Of a stretch of DNA of 64,000 bases, positions 13,701 to 27,442 are shown piece by piece. Position numbers and translations under genes: made by a program. Numbering within the stretch: position 1 is the stretch's first letter; each line of letters starts with the position of its first letter. The notes beneath the pieces were generated by a model. It saw nothing but the letters and a program-made list of their open reading frames with translations, was not told the DNA's origin and made no database searches. This DNA is from Pseudovirgaria hyperparasitica (taxonomy: Eukaryota). The stretch lies in assembly GCA_010093815.1 (NCBI GenBank), contig ML996575.1; one strand, 5' to 3'.

Positions 13701-15871
13701 TTGTGGTGGTGGTGGTGGTGGCGGACCGGGCAGTCGTACAAGCTATGTGACACGACGACAGAAACAACGAGAAAGAATCCCACACCTTCGTTTTCGGGGC
13801 GTTTCGGCTGTGCTTGTGTCAAGGATTGAGTGGCGGGAGATGGTGGATTTTCGCTTTGTTCATATAGCTTGTATATTCAACTCAAGGGCATGCATGCTTT
13901 TGTAAAAGAGATTTTTCGAACGCAATGTTGCTTGCTTGCCTGCTAGAGGAAAGCAGTGGTCGTTTGTACCCCCAAGTGTTGCTGAGATGCAATAGAATAT
14001 CTCACTACGCTGTGCCCGGATTGAATGGCTGCATTCCACATAATCGTTTGCAGAACGAACGAGAGAGGCAGGCGCAGGAAGGGAGGGAAGGAGGGAAGGA
14101 ATCCCCAAAAGAAAGAACGAAGAGACAAATTCGTTTGCGGACAGACAGACAGACAGACAGAATGACTGACAAGACGCCGCAAAAAAAAGTGTTGCAATCC
14201 TGCAGGTGGCTGGATGCGGTTCGTTGTGTCACCATGATTTAAATGCCTGTGTCTGTTTTGTCTTGTGTTGTCTGTCCCGTGTAGTTTGTCCGTGTGTGTG
14301 TGTCTCTCTCTCTATGTGTGTCCTGTGTCTGTAGTTTTGCGCAGGGGAGGGAATGTTGAGCGTTCGTTCGTTCGTTCGAGCGTGGCCGGCTGGCCCCTTG
14401 CTTCGTTTCCCTTTTGTCCGGCAAACTAATCAGAACTATGCGGTTTGTTCCACATACAACATACACATACACATACTCGCTGCTCTCGCGCGCTCGCTAG
14501 CCATTCGTACATATAGACAGGACAAAGCCCGTCTCATCTCATCTCATCTCATCTCATCTCGTCCCATTCATCTCCCAAATTCCGAATCCGAAATCATAAA
14601 CATGCAAAAACCCTTTCCCTTGATGATACTGTCCAAGACTACATAAAACACTTTTTTGACCCCCCTTCCCCCCCAAAAAAAAAGAAAAAAAATTGAACAT
14701 GAAAAATGATGGCTAATTAGTTTTCTTTGGGGGAAGGTTTCTTCTTTCATGACACTGGTTTGAGAGTGATAGAGGAACGGGTCTTTTTGGAATGGATGCG
14801 GATTATCTGTTCAGATCATTTGAAGGTGGTAGACTGCGCTATGGAGGATGTGTGAAGGGTCTCATTTCTTCAACTCAGGCCAGTCGAGGACTTTCGCTGT
14901 GTGATATATAGATGATACGATATTCTGAGAGTCGCGAGGTAAATGCTTTCAGTAACCGCGACGGTCAACCTAGGTCGGGCCTCCGCATACACTGTCCCGG
15001 AAGCTGTCGCATCGTCAATTAGCGATAGCTTCTTTACCAGCTTCCTTCAACCCTCCTGCACTGCAAAACTTCACGAGCAAAGCACACCATCACAAAGCAA
15101 CCACGCTTGTCAACGATTCATTACATTTATTAGAAATTAACGAGTCCCAAATCCTGCTTCCGTGATGAACACACAAACACCGTGCAGGCACATGCTACTC
15201 GGAAAGCGTCAAGCCTTTCAGAACACACATGTCTCGCGGCACTCGCAATTTCCCACCATCGCCCATAAAAAGTTTCACGCGTGTGAAAAGCGACCATGAG
15301 GGTCGTGGTTCTCGCATTGGTTAGAGAACCGGGGTATCTCGAAGCGCTCGTATGAAAGTTCGTATCCAATGGTTCCCACCGTCAGTTCATTCACAGTCCG
15401 TCGTCCTCCGACCGTGGGGTATCACCGTTAAGAAGATGCGTCCCGAGTCTCCGTGAGATAGAGAGAGTGAGACAGAGAGCAACATAATACAAAGCCGCAG
15501 TAGATAGAAGGAAATGAACGAAACGCAACAAAACGAAACGAAAGAGATGTCTCACTGGTCCTTTCAAAGCCGTCGTACCCATGTTCTGTGACAAGGGCAA
15601 AGTAGAATGGAGATTTACGATCTTGACGTTGACGCGTCGGATAATCGTTATAACGGTAGAAGGGTAGAGGCCAAAGTGAGATCAGTGCAGCTTCCATACT
15701 AGACAGTAGGACTAAGTGATGATATAGCATGGCCTAGGCGTTGACAATTTGATATGGTGTCTTGCCCCGAAACAATCATGCCCTGGAGATCTTCATAACG
15801 CAAGTCTGCGATGGTAAGCTATCGGCACCGAGAAGAGGCGGTGTGGTAGCTGTTGTAACGCTACTGAAAGC

Positions 15872-18602
15872 TCAGCGAGGACAGCTTGCGTAACGTTTGA
15901 ATCTACCGTGCCCAAGTTCCAACATGCGAGAGCGAAAGAAGCGTCTTAAACTGTCACCAAGAGTCGGGCACCAGTAAAAGTCTCGAGCAATGACCTGACC
16001 GTTACGGTGTCTGCGAATCGTGTCGATGGACCTTCGCCGCTTCAGAAGTGGATGTGGATGTTGCGCAAAGTCGCGTACAGCTGGAGCATGGTATTCCTCC
16101 GAGTCTTCCGGCGCATATGAGTTTTTGCGGTTGGTCCTCGCGTCCTCGGTGAATTCGTTTATTTCGCCACCATCCATAAAATCGCACACAACTGGGCGAA
16201 TCTCAGAGTGCTCCGCCGCAGACTGCATACGCGTATCAGCGTTGGCCGATACAATCACCGGAAAGACCGTGATACCAGTGGCCAGTGACAATCTTGGCTC
16301 GGCAGGTAAAGACTTGTACGTATGATTCTCTGACCCACGCGTTGCGGACGTCGTGCAGCGCCGCAGTGTAGTAGGCAAGCTACGTGCGACCTTTTCCTTG
16401 CGAGGAGAGGGGTTCATAAGCTCCTTCAGACGCGTATATGAGTCTGACGGCCTCAGAAAATCCTTCCCCCCATCAATGAGAGAAAGCGGAGGAGAGTCTT
16501 CGTCTGAGCAGGAGCTCGTTGAACTGCGACCATTCCTTGCTACGTTCATGATCTGTAACGCAGTTGAGGCACATGAGCGAAGGGAGCTTGCTGGGGAAAG
16601 ACCACCTGTTATTCGTTTCAATGCGTGTGCTGTGCGTGACTGCGAAGGACTGCTTGAAATGCTTGATGTAGATATAGCTAGTGGTTTTTTCTGTGGCGAC
16701 CAGAACACACTCATTGCGGACTCAGCAGAGGACTCAGAATCGCCGGCTTGCATATCACATTGGTCCATGAGATCCTGCAAGACCTCATCTGCAGAGTCGA
16801 CCTCATCGTCTGCGTCGCAGACCTTTGATTCGATAGGTGCGAGAGTAGCTGTCGGTATACTTGAAAGTCGACTTTTTTTGAAAGCGCCTGAACCACTAAC
16901 CGGAGGACAAGGGCCACGCTGGTTTGATCCGGCAAGGAGAGTTTCTTGTGCAATCGCTTCCTCGGTAATGATCTCCAAGGGACTGTCCGGTAAGATAGCT
17001 GTGCAAGCTTCCTCGAACTCAGCCTCTGAGCGAACCAAAGCTCTTGCAGTGGAGAAATCAAGATCACGCAGATGCTGAGGTCCACTGGCGACGGCAATGG
17101 TATCAGATGAAGACACCGATGTATGGTCGAGCTCTGTTATGTTGGCCTGACTTGCGAGTCTATATTGCTGACGTCTGCGTGGCAAAACACATTGAGTTGT
17201 AATTCGTCTTTGAAGTGGTGGAGCAGCGTTTCGCAAACCTTGCTGTCTTCTAGGGTCTTGTCCAAAAACCTGGCGTCCTCCTTGGGGTCCCCTAGAAGGT
17301 CGAGGTGTGCCACGCGAGTTTAGTTGATGGGCAGCAGCAGCAGCTTGCTTCAGCTGTTGGAAATGCGCCACACTCGTGACACTGGACAATGAATGCGGAG
17401 CCACATTGGGTGGTGCGCCTGTAGGAGGCAATCTAATACGCGTCCTAACGTTGGCAGTCCTCTTCTTCTCCTGCTCTTCCATCTCGATCAGCTTGACTGA
17501 CAAGGCAGTATCGTGAATTATGAATTTTTCAAGCCTGCCTTTAGGCTCGTTACTTATGCCAGGCATATAACGGTGGTGCGAGCCAGTCGGGGCATCGCTC
17601 ACTGCTGGAAGAATGTGAGGCTCCCTGCTCCTGTCACTGCAAGAGGGAAAGATACGCCAGGTCTTCAAGTTTTGATGCATAGGTGGGCCAAGGAAGTCCT
17701 CCACACGTGGCAGTGGTCCAGGATATTCGCGAGTCGTCGGTGCTTTAGCAGGTTTTGGGGGTTCCTCAGTGACCTCCGGTTCTGAGCTCTCAGGCAGCTT
17801 TAGCCAGTCGCAATTGGCGCGGTATGTGATAGGCCATTTCACAGTTGCTTTCATCAGCGAGTCAAGCTCGTCTACAGTGAGAACGATGTTGAAACCACTG
17901 TTCGGGAAGGTCAGCTTAATACCATGTATGAGGCAAGGTGTGTGATACACTTCACCGCTGTTAGGGTCTATAACTTGTTAGCAACAGTCTGAACCCTAAG
18001 AGTGTGATGACTTACTCCATTCGATCGTAGAGTATCGTCGGTTGTACTATTATCACGCCAATTAATAATGGTCATGAAGACCAAGGTGGTGCGGACTCAC
18101 AGCTTGTCGAACAGCCAGTAGAGACTCTTTCTCATCAAGAAGCGTAAGTGAGTCTTGTCCGGGTGGGATTGTCCATGTGATGCGTACATCGTGACATTGA
18201 CTTTCTTCCAATGCTTTGGCATATTGAACCCTTGCAGTCTTGATCTTCTGGCGCATCAGTGACTCGGGGTGACAGCCAAGAATGTAATTTGGGTAGTGGC
18301 CACATGCTGGTTGAGTGCCTATACGATACGGTGGCAGTTCAGGCGCAGGACATGGTTTGCCGATGTGACGTGCGAACCATGAAATAAGCTCGTCGTTGTC
18401 TTTCTTGTTGCAGATGATTTGAGTGAGGTGGAAGGATGCTGGCTCATGCAACAGCTGGATGACCTGCTGCACGCAGTCCACGAGAATTTCTCTATCAGGA
18501 TAACTCCTGCTGACGTGTTAGCAGGTTGGCAGGTTTGCAGGTTGGCAGGTTGCCGGTTGCGAGAGCAGCGTACCCGCGATACTTCGGCTCATCTTCTTCC
18601 AT
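15872..18602 (-). CDS. Hypothetical multi-exon protein (globular N-terminal region plus long Ser/Pro-rich tail)
   Basis: ATG 18602 (MEEDEPKYRG), then an intron GTACGC...GCTAAC...CAGCAG, an exon covering ORF 18481-18062, short exons near 18050-17950 flanked by GTGAGT/GTAAGT and CTAAC/CTGAC signals, and finally ORF 17950-15872. The small exon boundaries are approximate. Confidence 0.6.
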
Positions 18603-19100
18603 GTCTGTTGGAGGTAAAGACATTTAGCTGGACATGCCAATTGCGCAGAGGCTAAACAAAGAGCGGTAGAAGGGAAGAGTAGATTGAAACGTCAAAGATG
18701 AGAGGAGATATTGCTTGGACAAAACGCAAAACGTTGGTCAGTTGCTGAGAGAAGAAAGATGGCGGGGAGGCGGAGGCGGGCAGCAAACAGGCGTGAGTTT
18801 GGTGAAGGTAGGTCAACAACACAGAGGTGTCGGCGCGAGGGCGGATGGGCATGACCGTCGAACGAGTTTTGACAACGCGGCGACGTCAAGTGAACCAGGA
18901 CGCGCGAATGGAGCGCAATGAAGGAAGTGAATTGGACATGGACATGGACATGTCACCGCCAGCGGTTTGAAGGGACCAAGAATGGCAGCGTATGCAATGA
19001 GCAGCGGACAAACAGCGTGATGGATGCACGTTTGACTCGACTATACGCTGTGGAGGAGAGATGAAAAGCGAACACTGTGACATAGGAGAGCGCGGCGAAC

Positions 19101-19146
19101 AAGAAGAAGAAGAAGAAGAAGAAGAAGAAGAAGAAGCAGAAGAAGA
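19101..19146. repeat. (GAA)n microsatellite
   Basis: About 14 tandem GAA units with one GCA interruption, read directly. Confidence 0.9.
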
Positions 19147-20393
19147 CTGGAAGGGAGCTGAAGCTGAAGTGGGAATATCTACGACTACTACATAGACACA
19201 AATACTGAGGGCGCCGCCATGGATACGAATGTTGGAAGAAGAGAGCGACCAGTGAATGTCATGTCTGCGACTTCTTGTGAACAAAGACTTCAGTCCATGT
19301 CAGATCTTAGTCTTCTTCTTCTTACTTTTGGGCAGCACGATGGAGAGAATGAAGACAGCGACTACCGACGAGAAAGTGTCTTGTACGACGATGCTGTTCT
19401 ACCAGCGAGAAGCACTGCAAGCCGCGGGCGGGGACATTTGGAGTTGTTGTCGCACCAGACGGAGAAGAAAGGGAAAGGCCCACGATCTATCAACTTGCAG
19501 TGTCAGACTGGAACATACAGGTGGCTGCGTGTTCTGCGTGTTGCAATGGCACACAAGATACACGATTTCTATAGAGCCTTCAAGTATGCGGTTTTGGGAT
19601 GGAGTTTCTGGTGTTTGTCGAAGCTCACGCGAAGTGAATGACGTTGCACGCGAGTCATTCGCAGAGCTAGGGTGTGCTGGTCCGTGCACGTGGCCCCTTC
19701 CGAGTGTAGCTAGTCAGGTGCGCTTTAGTGATACTCCGAAGTTCAACCATAGCCGGTTGAACTCCGGAGTATACTAGTAGGTACGTATCTATACAGACGC
19801 GTCTTACGTCATCCGCATTCAAATACAACAACAGCCAGGGCGTACTCCAAGCAAGCTCAGAGACAGCTCTGTTTTGCGCTTAAGAGCTGTTACATCGTTA
19901 TGTACTACTATACGTGCACTTGATCAGACAGCCGTCTCAGATTGTGGGCCCCCTTTTGAACCCCAATACTAGGGCGTGTTGTGACATTGTTCATTTGAGA
20001 TATTGAGATACGCAAAGCCCAATAAATACCCCCATGCCACTTATCTGCTCACTTGTTCACGATACAGGAATGTCCTATACCATGGCTTCTTTTCATGGGC
20101 ATCATTGACAAGATTTGGACTTACCTACCCAAGAGCATAGTATCAGTGTATTAGGGAGCGGTGAGAGACAATAGTTCACGTCCACAAAGATATTGATTCA
20201 CTTGACCTACCCGCCCCTCATCTTGCTCACCAAACCTGTAATCTTGTTTCCACGGCAATACACCGGACGGAAGCCTAGCTATAAAAACTCTGTTTCTCCC
20301 CCCCTTCACTTCTGGCCTCCTCTTCCTCCTTACTCTTCACCTTCATTGCCGATTGTGCATGGTTTCTTGACTCGAGCATGAGATAACTTCACA

Positions 20394-23300
20394 ATGCCTG
20401 ACCTCAAGCAGTTGCATTGCCATCTCGAGCTCTCCGATCCAAAGGGCCCGAAGACGGTCTTGCGTGAGTTCAACACCACCTACGCTGACGGCGCTGTCAA
20501 CACTTTCATCGCTGTGCCCGAGAAACCGGAGCCTTTCTGCATCAAGTTCTGTTCTAATGGATACATTGCCACCGGTATCGCTGCCTTTGTCTTCATCGAT
20601 GGCGAATATCAATGCAACCGCGTGCGTCAGGGTCTGATTGCTCCAGCTAAGGGTGTCTCACCCGTTAGCACTGACGTGCACTTCATCTTTCGTGGACAGG
20701 AACTTCCAGAGGGTCGTACTTTCAAGACGAGATGGTGGAAATTTGAGGCGCTCAACATTGGTACGTTCCTGATACATTATTCACAATGACCTATCACTGA
20801 TCATCACAGGAGCTGCTGACGCAACGAATGCGCCCCCCAACATCGACGCCATGGGCACCATCACGGTTATGGTTTTGAGATGCAAGCCAGACCCAAAAGT
20901 TGATTTCGCCAATATTCCGAAATTGATAACCTCACGTGAAATTCCTCTGAGAACTAAAACTGCTGCGACCAAAACCAAGGTGTCCTCAACTCAAGCAAAC
21001 GACGATAACAGTAGCGTAGGAGGGCTTGGTGGCCTTTTCGATGGGCCTTCTGATGATTATTTTCGAACGTCGTCGCGTGGCGACGATGGAAGACGTAGGT
21101 CCCTAACATACCACATATGCCTCCTCATTCATTCCACACCGCATTTACATGAGCTATTCCTCTAACACTACTCGGACAGGCAAGTCTCGACGCAGCGAGC
21201 GAGATACCCAGGACCAATGGTACAGTGACGATCGCGATGAAATTGAGCCATCAAAAGGTCCACATGTTTCCAAAGGCCGCAATAGGGCGGGCCCAGAGCG
21301 CCTCAGAGAGATCTTTCGCTCGCCAGATCGTGATCCCTCTTCGAAAAGCCCTTCTCGAAGCTCTCAGCGTGACTACTCCCAGTCTCATCCGCGCCGTCAT
21401 AGCAGTCATTCAAAGGCTTCAGAGCATTCACCTAAGCACGAACGCCGTCGTTCTAAGCATTTGGCTTTCGATGGCACTGCTTCAAGCGAGGGAGGAAACA
21501 GCTGGACACAAGCGCCCACGACAAAAAACTCTGAAAACCGACCTAGTTCGTATCGTGCTGTCGGTTTTGAAGATGAAATAGGAGCTAAACCACATACAGT
21601 GAAGCACTATGATCCCATTGGCGATCGCATGGGAATATGGAGCCCGAGATCTAGCGATTCATATGCCAGCAAGACAGGACTGAAGACCCACGCAGCGAAG
21701 CATAGTGGTAAAGCAAAGGACGGCTTTGACAGTGATGTGAGCTTCATTCCTTCCATAGATGGCTTGCAATCGCGTCATTGAATAAATGCTCCGCAATAGC
21801 TCCCACTCTATTCTTGAGAGTAATACCTAATGTTCTGTTATAGTCATCCTCAACTACCACTGTCGGTGTCAATGAAGCTTCCCGCCGTGCTCGAATGCGC
21901 GAAACGCCTACCGAAGATTGGCCTTCCTCCATCCCTGAGAGTGAAGAAGATACCTATCCAGGTGCGCTACAAGCAGGTCTCAACATGGCCAATCCTGATC
22001 ACTGGGAAATCCTTGAAGAGAGAGCCACTAGAAGCGGACGCTTCACTCACCCATCTCACGCTATCTCTGCAGCTCGACGAGGCCTAAAGGACTCTAAGTG
22101 GGACGAAGAAGAGGACAGTGTTGTTGTTGGTGGTGGTAGCGGTGGCAAAGGTAAAGAGTCCAGCTCGAAAGTCGACAAACCCCGTAATTACAGCGGCCCA
22201 GCTTTTGGAAAAGACAGTAGCTGTGATACGAAATGGGTTCCTAAGAACAGTATCTCAAGCGGAAGCACTCCTCAGAACGATGGCAGTTGGGGCAGCAAAC
22301 CCGGCAGCTCTCAGATCGCATGGAGCAAGAAAGCCAACAGTATCGCCAAGTGGACCGAAAGCATACACCCCGACGAATCGGCAAGCAACTCAGGAAAACG
22401 CTCGCATACCAGTACTCCTCCGGGTTCTCAGGATGGTCCGAGTAACAATCGTGGCAGTCAGTCTGGTAGCACTCGCAGCAAGAATCCCGGTGGGTCTCAG
22501 ACCAGCCATGCGAGACAGAATCGAACCACCAACGACACAGCCTGTGACCCAATCGGACAAGGTCAGACTCGAGGTACTAGCCAGCACCAACGTACCTCCC
22601 TTCTAGGCAAACCTGCAAGCAACAATGGTAGTCGCAATTCAAGGAACAGTGCTCAGGGTAAAAACACGAAGCTACCAGCGGGGAACAATGCTTCCAATCA
22701 AACCCAGTCCGCTAGCAACGCAGTGGAAGGTACAGGCGTTCAGTCTAAAGACAACAACAGCTCGAACTGGAACAACGGGAATGACCAAGGTTTCAGTCCG
22801 GATCAGGGCAATACTTCAGGCTGGGACACCAGTAACGACAACCAGAATGCCTCAACAGGTCAAACCCAAAGCAACGCCAACTGGAACGACAACAGCAATA
22901 CTCCTGTAGACCAGAACCAAGCCTCCAACTGGCAGGATTCTGCCGATGCTTCCGGAGACCAAACCCAGAACAACTGGGACAGCAGCAACACCACTCCAGC
23001 GATCCCAACTCAAGGAGACTCCAACTGGGACAACAGTGGAGCCACCTCAGCCGATCAGAACCAGGGAAACGCAGGTTTTACCAACGACGAAAACAGTCAA
23101 ACCAACAACAACCAAGGCGACCAAGAATGGAACGCCAACGCTGAACCCGCAGCAGATCAAACCCAGGGTGACGCAAACTGGGTCCAGAGCGAAGACAACG
23201 CAGCACAAGTCTGGGACAACAGCAACAACGACAACAACACCACCAGCCAAGCATCCACCGTCGTCCCCAGCACAAACGACTGCACCCACCCCTCCTTCAT

Positions 23301-23658
23301 CCCACCCTGGACCACCTCAACCTGGCACCCACGCCCCAGCCCCCCTCTCCACCCCAAGCTCCACCACTCGGCACCAGAAGTGCCCCTGTACACCGTCGCC
23401 GCCGCCACCGTCGCCGCAAAATCCGTGGACACCCAGGTCCGCCACGGCCCGCTGCGCGCCTGGCCCTCCGAGACCGCGCGTCCGGAGTACATGGACACGC
23501 CGGCGCGGCCGTACGCCGTGTTCACGTTCCAGTATCGCAGCAGGGCGATGCTGGAGGGAGTCCTGGGGAGGAAGCTGGAGGAGAGTGCGGGGGAGAAGAG
23601 GGAGAGGCTCATGCGGATGAGCAAGGAGGAGGTTGTGGCTGAGTTGATGGGGGCGTAG
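20394..23658 (+). CDS. Hypothetical multi-exon protein: DUF7918-like N-terminal beta-rich domain, long low-complexity region with periodic Trp motifs, short conserved-looking C-terminal domain
   Basis: Consecutive + strand ORFs 20394-20789, 20851-21165, 21149-21781 and 21895-23658 are separated by GT..AG introns (for example GTACGT at 20762 and GTGAGC at about 21737). The N-terminus LHCHLELS...FIAVP...SNGYIATGIAAFVFIDGEYQCNR resembles a common Dothideomycete hypothetical family (recall, not a search). The C-terminus reads PLYTV...RPEYMDTPARPYAVFTFQYRS. Confidence 0.65.
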
Positions 23659-24711
23659 GGGGGAGGGGGGTTGTGGCAGGTTGGCCAGGGGGGAGTGGGC
23701 GTTGGTAGTAGGGCTTTGTGATTTGCCGACGCGGTGGTCGAATGGGAGTGGTTCTTGATTGTGTGCTGTGTGCGTGTGCTGTGATGCTGGTGATGTGATG
23801 TGCGTGCTGTGATCTTGAGTGTGTGGTGGATGTGTGGTGTTGAGACGGTGGATGCTGGCTTTGAGTATTCCACAAATCACGGTTCTGCCTAGGGCCTAGG
23901 TAAGGAAAACACATAGGCATTGGATGATCAGATAACCAAACACACTTACCCAGGATAATCTATGAGCAGAGATCACACAACAACAACATTCTTGTCCGCC
24001 TGGACAGACAATTATGGAATCCACATGAGACAAGAAAGAGACACGACGCCAATTCACACGTGGTAATATACATAGACATCAAAGCAAATAGTAGTCCTCC
24101 CTAGTTCAGAGATACCAAAACGCCATAGATAGTAGGCTTTATTCCAAATCTACCTGGCCAAAGACCATAAATTAAACATAGCCAGAACGATAGCACGGTG
24201 TTCCGCCTGTGGAATGTCGATATTTTCTGGATATCAAGAACAACAGAATATGGGTTCTACCAGTGGTATATCGATACTTTGCGAATAACAAGAGTAGTAG
24301 AACATGCATTCTCCTGTGTATTCATCGTCATTGTAGGGTAGCTAGGATAACACGACGCGGTTGAGTCTGAATAGGGTGGTGCGTATTACGCTGTGTTGGG
24401 GAGACAATATGCATTCATCGATTCGTGTCTGTCTGGACGATACTGGGCCACGGTGTTGATGTTGACTGGAAGAAGGAGGTGTATAGCTTGGGCATTTAAC
24501 GAAAGCAAGAGACACACACAACCATACGATGTGGTCCCTACATATATATTTAGTACCTCTGACGTCAAACATGTATCTTTACGAGCCATCCGCAGAGGCT
24601 GTTCTGACATTTTCAAATCAACCCAAACGAGGAAGTCGGGTATCGCAAAGACAATACCGGAAGACCTACACACTAATCCATCACTAACGGTGCGCTGCGA
24701 CCTTTACTTGC

Positions 24712-26976
24712 TCACTTCACCGAAACAAGACCGACTCCTTCTCTAGCCTTTTTGCAAGCCTGCCGCAGTGCTTGCTCGTCACTATCGTCCCACTTCACGC
24801 TTAGCTCGTCCCACTTCTTCGTCGCGTATTCGTGCTTGTACTGCTTATGTTTGGCCTGGAGGCGGTAGACCTCGCGGCAATCGCCCGCTCCGGAGTACAC
24901 GATGAGGGCGGTGCAGGGTGGTAGACGCGCGTAGAGTGCGGCGATGTTGTTTACTGTCGATGAAATGGCGGCTGAGAGTGCTGCTTGTGTCGGTGGGAGG
25001 GGGACGTCTGAAGGTGAAGTTTCGCTCTCGAGTTTGTTGGTTTTCTCTCCTTGAACTGGTGCGGGTGCCGGATCTGGAGCATCTACGACTTCAATGGTTG
25101 TGGATGGGACTGCATGTCGCTGTATCGCAGCTATGCGCTGTGCGTCGATGTCGTGCTGCTGGGCCATGCTCCACCACCCTCTGACGGCTTCAAGCTCCCT
25201 GAAGCGCGCCCAAACCAGGTCGACGCCCTCGCGCAAAGCAGGCCCTGCATCTGCATCGCCCTTCAGCACTTTCTGTACTCCTTCAACAACCTCAGCATCA
25301 TTGGCGCATGGAATGCACAAGTCAGCATTCGCGCCAGCGCCTCTCCTAGCATCGCCCCAGTCCACAACTGCGCCCTTGCGCATCAGCGGTTCACCCGTGC
25401 TATCTATAACCCCCGGTCGAGGCGTTCTTGATAGTCGTTTGAAGATCGATTCCCCCGATGCCTCGCTGGTTCCCCATTTGGGCCCCTTCTCACACTTCTG
25501 TTTGACCAGATCGAGACATGCACGCGCATCTTCGATGCTGTCATGCCCGGAAGCACCGTGGCCCAGCTGAATCTCGCGTGAGAGATATTTCTGCGTTAGC
25601 CATTTGAGCGAAGATTTGAGTGGTGGCCCACGTGGGTGTGCATAGATGATGGATGTATCAATGATGAAGGGGTGAGTAAGCTTGAGTGCTTCGAGATCGG
25701 AATTCAGAGAGTGTCCGATGAGGATCGAATGGGGCGTGAGAAGCTCGAGTAGACGTGCCTGAATATCTGCGAGCGTGGTGGTGACTGGATCAAGAAGCTC
25801 CTTCGTCATGCCAGAGTATGGAGTAACATAGTCGGTGATAGGGTTTGTTGGTTTTACAAGTTCGTCCATGACAACAGAGCCATCCCATCCAACAATACTG
25901 ATGCGGGTGAGCTCGAATTTGGAATCGCTAGTCATGCACATCTCGCAGTCAAGAGCGAAGATTGTGCGGCCTGCCGTAATGCTACCTTGCTGGATCTCAC
26001 TATCACAGACATTGCCATCCTCGATTCTCGTGATATGTGTGTCCACCCAGCCATCGTCAGGGCCTCGGCCCATACGACGTCTATCAGACATAGCGCTCTC
26101 TTTTGCTTCTTCCGATGGCAAATATGCCGGGTGAATCACGTAGTCATTTTCCTGGAGATCGTTGACTGACGTAAGGAATTCTGTGATGCTTGTTCTCTTG
26201 TTCTCCCATTGGAGGCTTTCTCGAGGAGTTTTGGGTCCTTTCAGGTTCTTTTTGTCCTCTTTAGATTTAGGCAAGGGGACAGTGAGCATAGCTTGCAGAG
26301 ATGAATGTATGCGATTGAACTTATCATCACCTGGGTTTCTGACAGGCCAGGCGTGGGCAAAACAATCGGCCAGCGGTTTTGATGGTGCTGGCAGACCTTC
26401 AGGCGTTAAGGCGAAGGGATAGTAGTCATCAGGTGAAGCGTTCTTCCCACGTTCATGTTGTGATTTTGAACTCTGTTCTGTCTCTGTGGAGGTGGCACCT
26501 ACAGTGCTTTCTTTAATGTCTGGATTGGCACTAGAACCATTTATACTTCCCTTGAGCATGCCAAGCTCGAGGCCGGGCACGGCGAGGATCACAACTCTTC
26601 GCACAGAGTTGCGATGGCGCACAGCTATCCACTGAGGAGCGTTTCCATCGGCAATCAGGTACAGAGCTAGAGACTGAAGATCACTAATCTTAACCATAGA
26701 CTGGAGACGAGCTGTCGGAGAATGATGAAGGGCAGGATAATTGCCTGAATTCTTGCCCTCTTTGCTTTTTTTGCTTTTCTTTCTCCTAGAACAAGCAACT
26801 TCCCATTCTGCGCCATTGCTATCTTCAGCATCGCGAGCAGTAACCGGCGACTTGTCACCTTTGACCTGGTTCTGAGTATTCCTAATGAAAGCGAGGGTGT
26901 CGCCGACACCGATTAGATTGCTTTCGGACTCGCCGCGTGCTTCAAATTCATCGCGGCTCCGTTTACGACTCCCCAT
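24712..26976 (-). CDS. REX1: RNA exonuclease 1 (REX1/RNH70-like DEDDh 3'-5' exonuclease)
   Basis: 754-aa ORF with ExoI FALDCEMC, ELTRISIV...DELVKP...DYVTPYSG, ExoII ILIGHSLNSDL and ExoIII GHDSIEDARACLDL. Confidence 0.9.
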   Translation of the reverse strand: MGSRKRSRDEFEARGESESNLIGVGDTLAFIRNTQNQVKGDKSPVTARDAEDSNGAEWEVACSRRKKSKKSKEGKNSGNYPALHHSPTARLQSMVKISDLQSLALYLIADGNAPQWIAVRHRNSVRRVVILAVPGLELGMLKGSINGSSANPDIKESTVGATSTETEQSSKSQHERGKNASPDDYYPFALTPEGLPAPSKPLADCFAHAWPVRNPGDDKFNRIHSSLQAMLTVPLPKSKEDKKNLKGPKTPRESLQWENKRTSITEFLTSVNDLQENDYVIHPAYLPSEEAKESAMSDRRRMGRGPDDGWVDTHITRIEDGNVCDSEIQQGSITAGRTIFALDCEMCMTSDSKFELTRISIVGWDGSVVMDELVKPTNPITDYVTPYSGMTKELLDPVTTTLADIQARLLELLTPHSILIGHSLNSDLEALKLTHPFIIDTSIIYAHPRGPPLKSSLKWLTQKYLSREIQLGHGASGHDSIEDARACLDLVKQKCEKGPKWGTSEASGESIFKRLSRTPRPGVIDSTGEPLMRKGAVVDWGDARRGAGANADLCIPCANDAEVVEGVQKVLKGDADAGPALREGVDLVWARFRELEAVRGWWSMAQQHDIDAQRIAAIQRHAVPSTTIEVVDAPDPAPAPVQGEKTNKLESETSPSDVPLPPTQAALSAAISSTVNNIAALYARLPPCTALIVYSGAGDCREVYRLQAKHKQYKHEYATKKWDELSVKWDDSDEQALRQACKKAREGVGLVSVK

Positions 26977-27442
26977 TTTGTCGCTGTCCTGCTAATTTCT
27001 TCGTGGTGGCGAAGTCTTCGTTGCGAGGAAGACGAACTTTGTGGTTGGTCTGGACGGAGCTTAGGTTTCTGTACGGAATACGTATGGTCTGTGCGTCTAT
27101 GCGGGCTTTTGCATGGATCCAAGGACTGCCAAGAGTCGAGCGGAAAAAGTTACGGACGGATAATACATCCTACCTGGCTTTGCTCCCAAACACATATGAA
27201 CAGACAACATACAATTGTTTTGCATCCATCCCTCTCCTCTCTGCGCGCCCTCTTGGGCTTCTACCAATTCCTCTCCCTCCACGACTTCCTTTGCAAAAGC
27301 CCGGGCCGACTGTCGAGTCTATTTTTCAAGCCTGACTGCTAACCCCTGCGGCAAGCATAAGTCGCCGTGCGACGTGCTCAGGTGAATGCCTTCACCTACT
27401 CCTGGGACCTGATCTCGCGTCCTCGAGCTTGAGACTTACACC

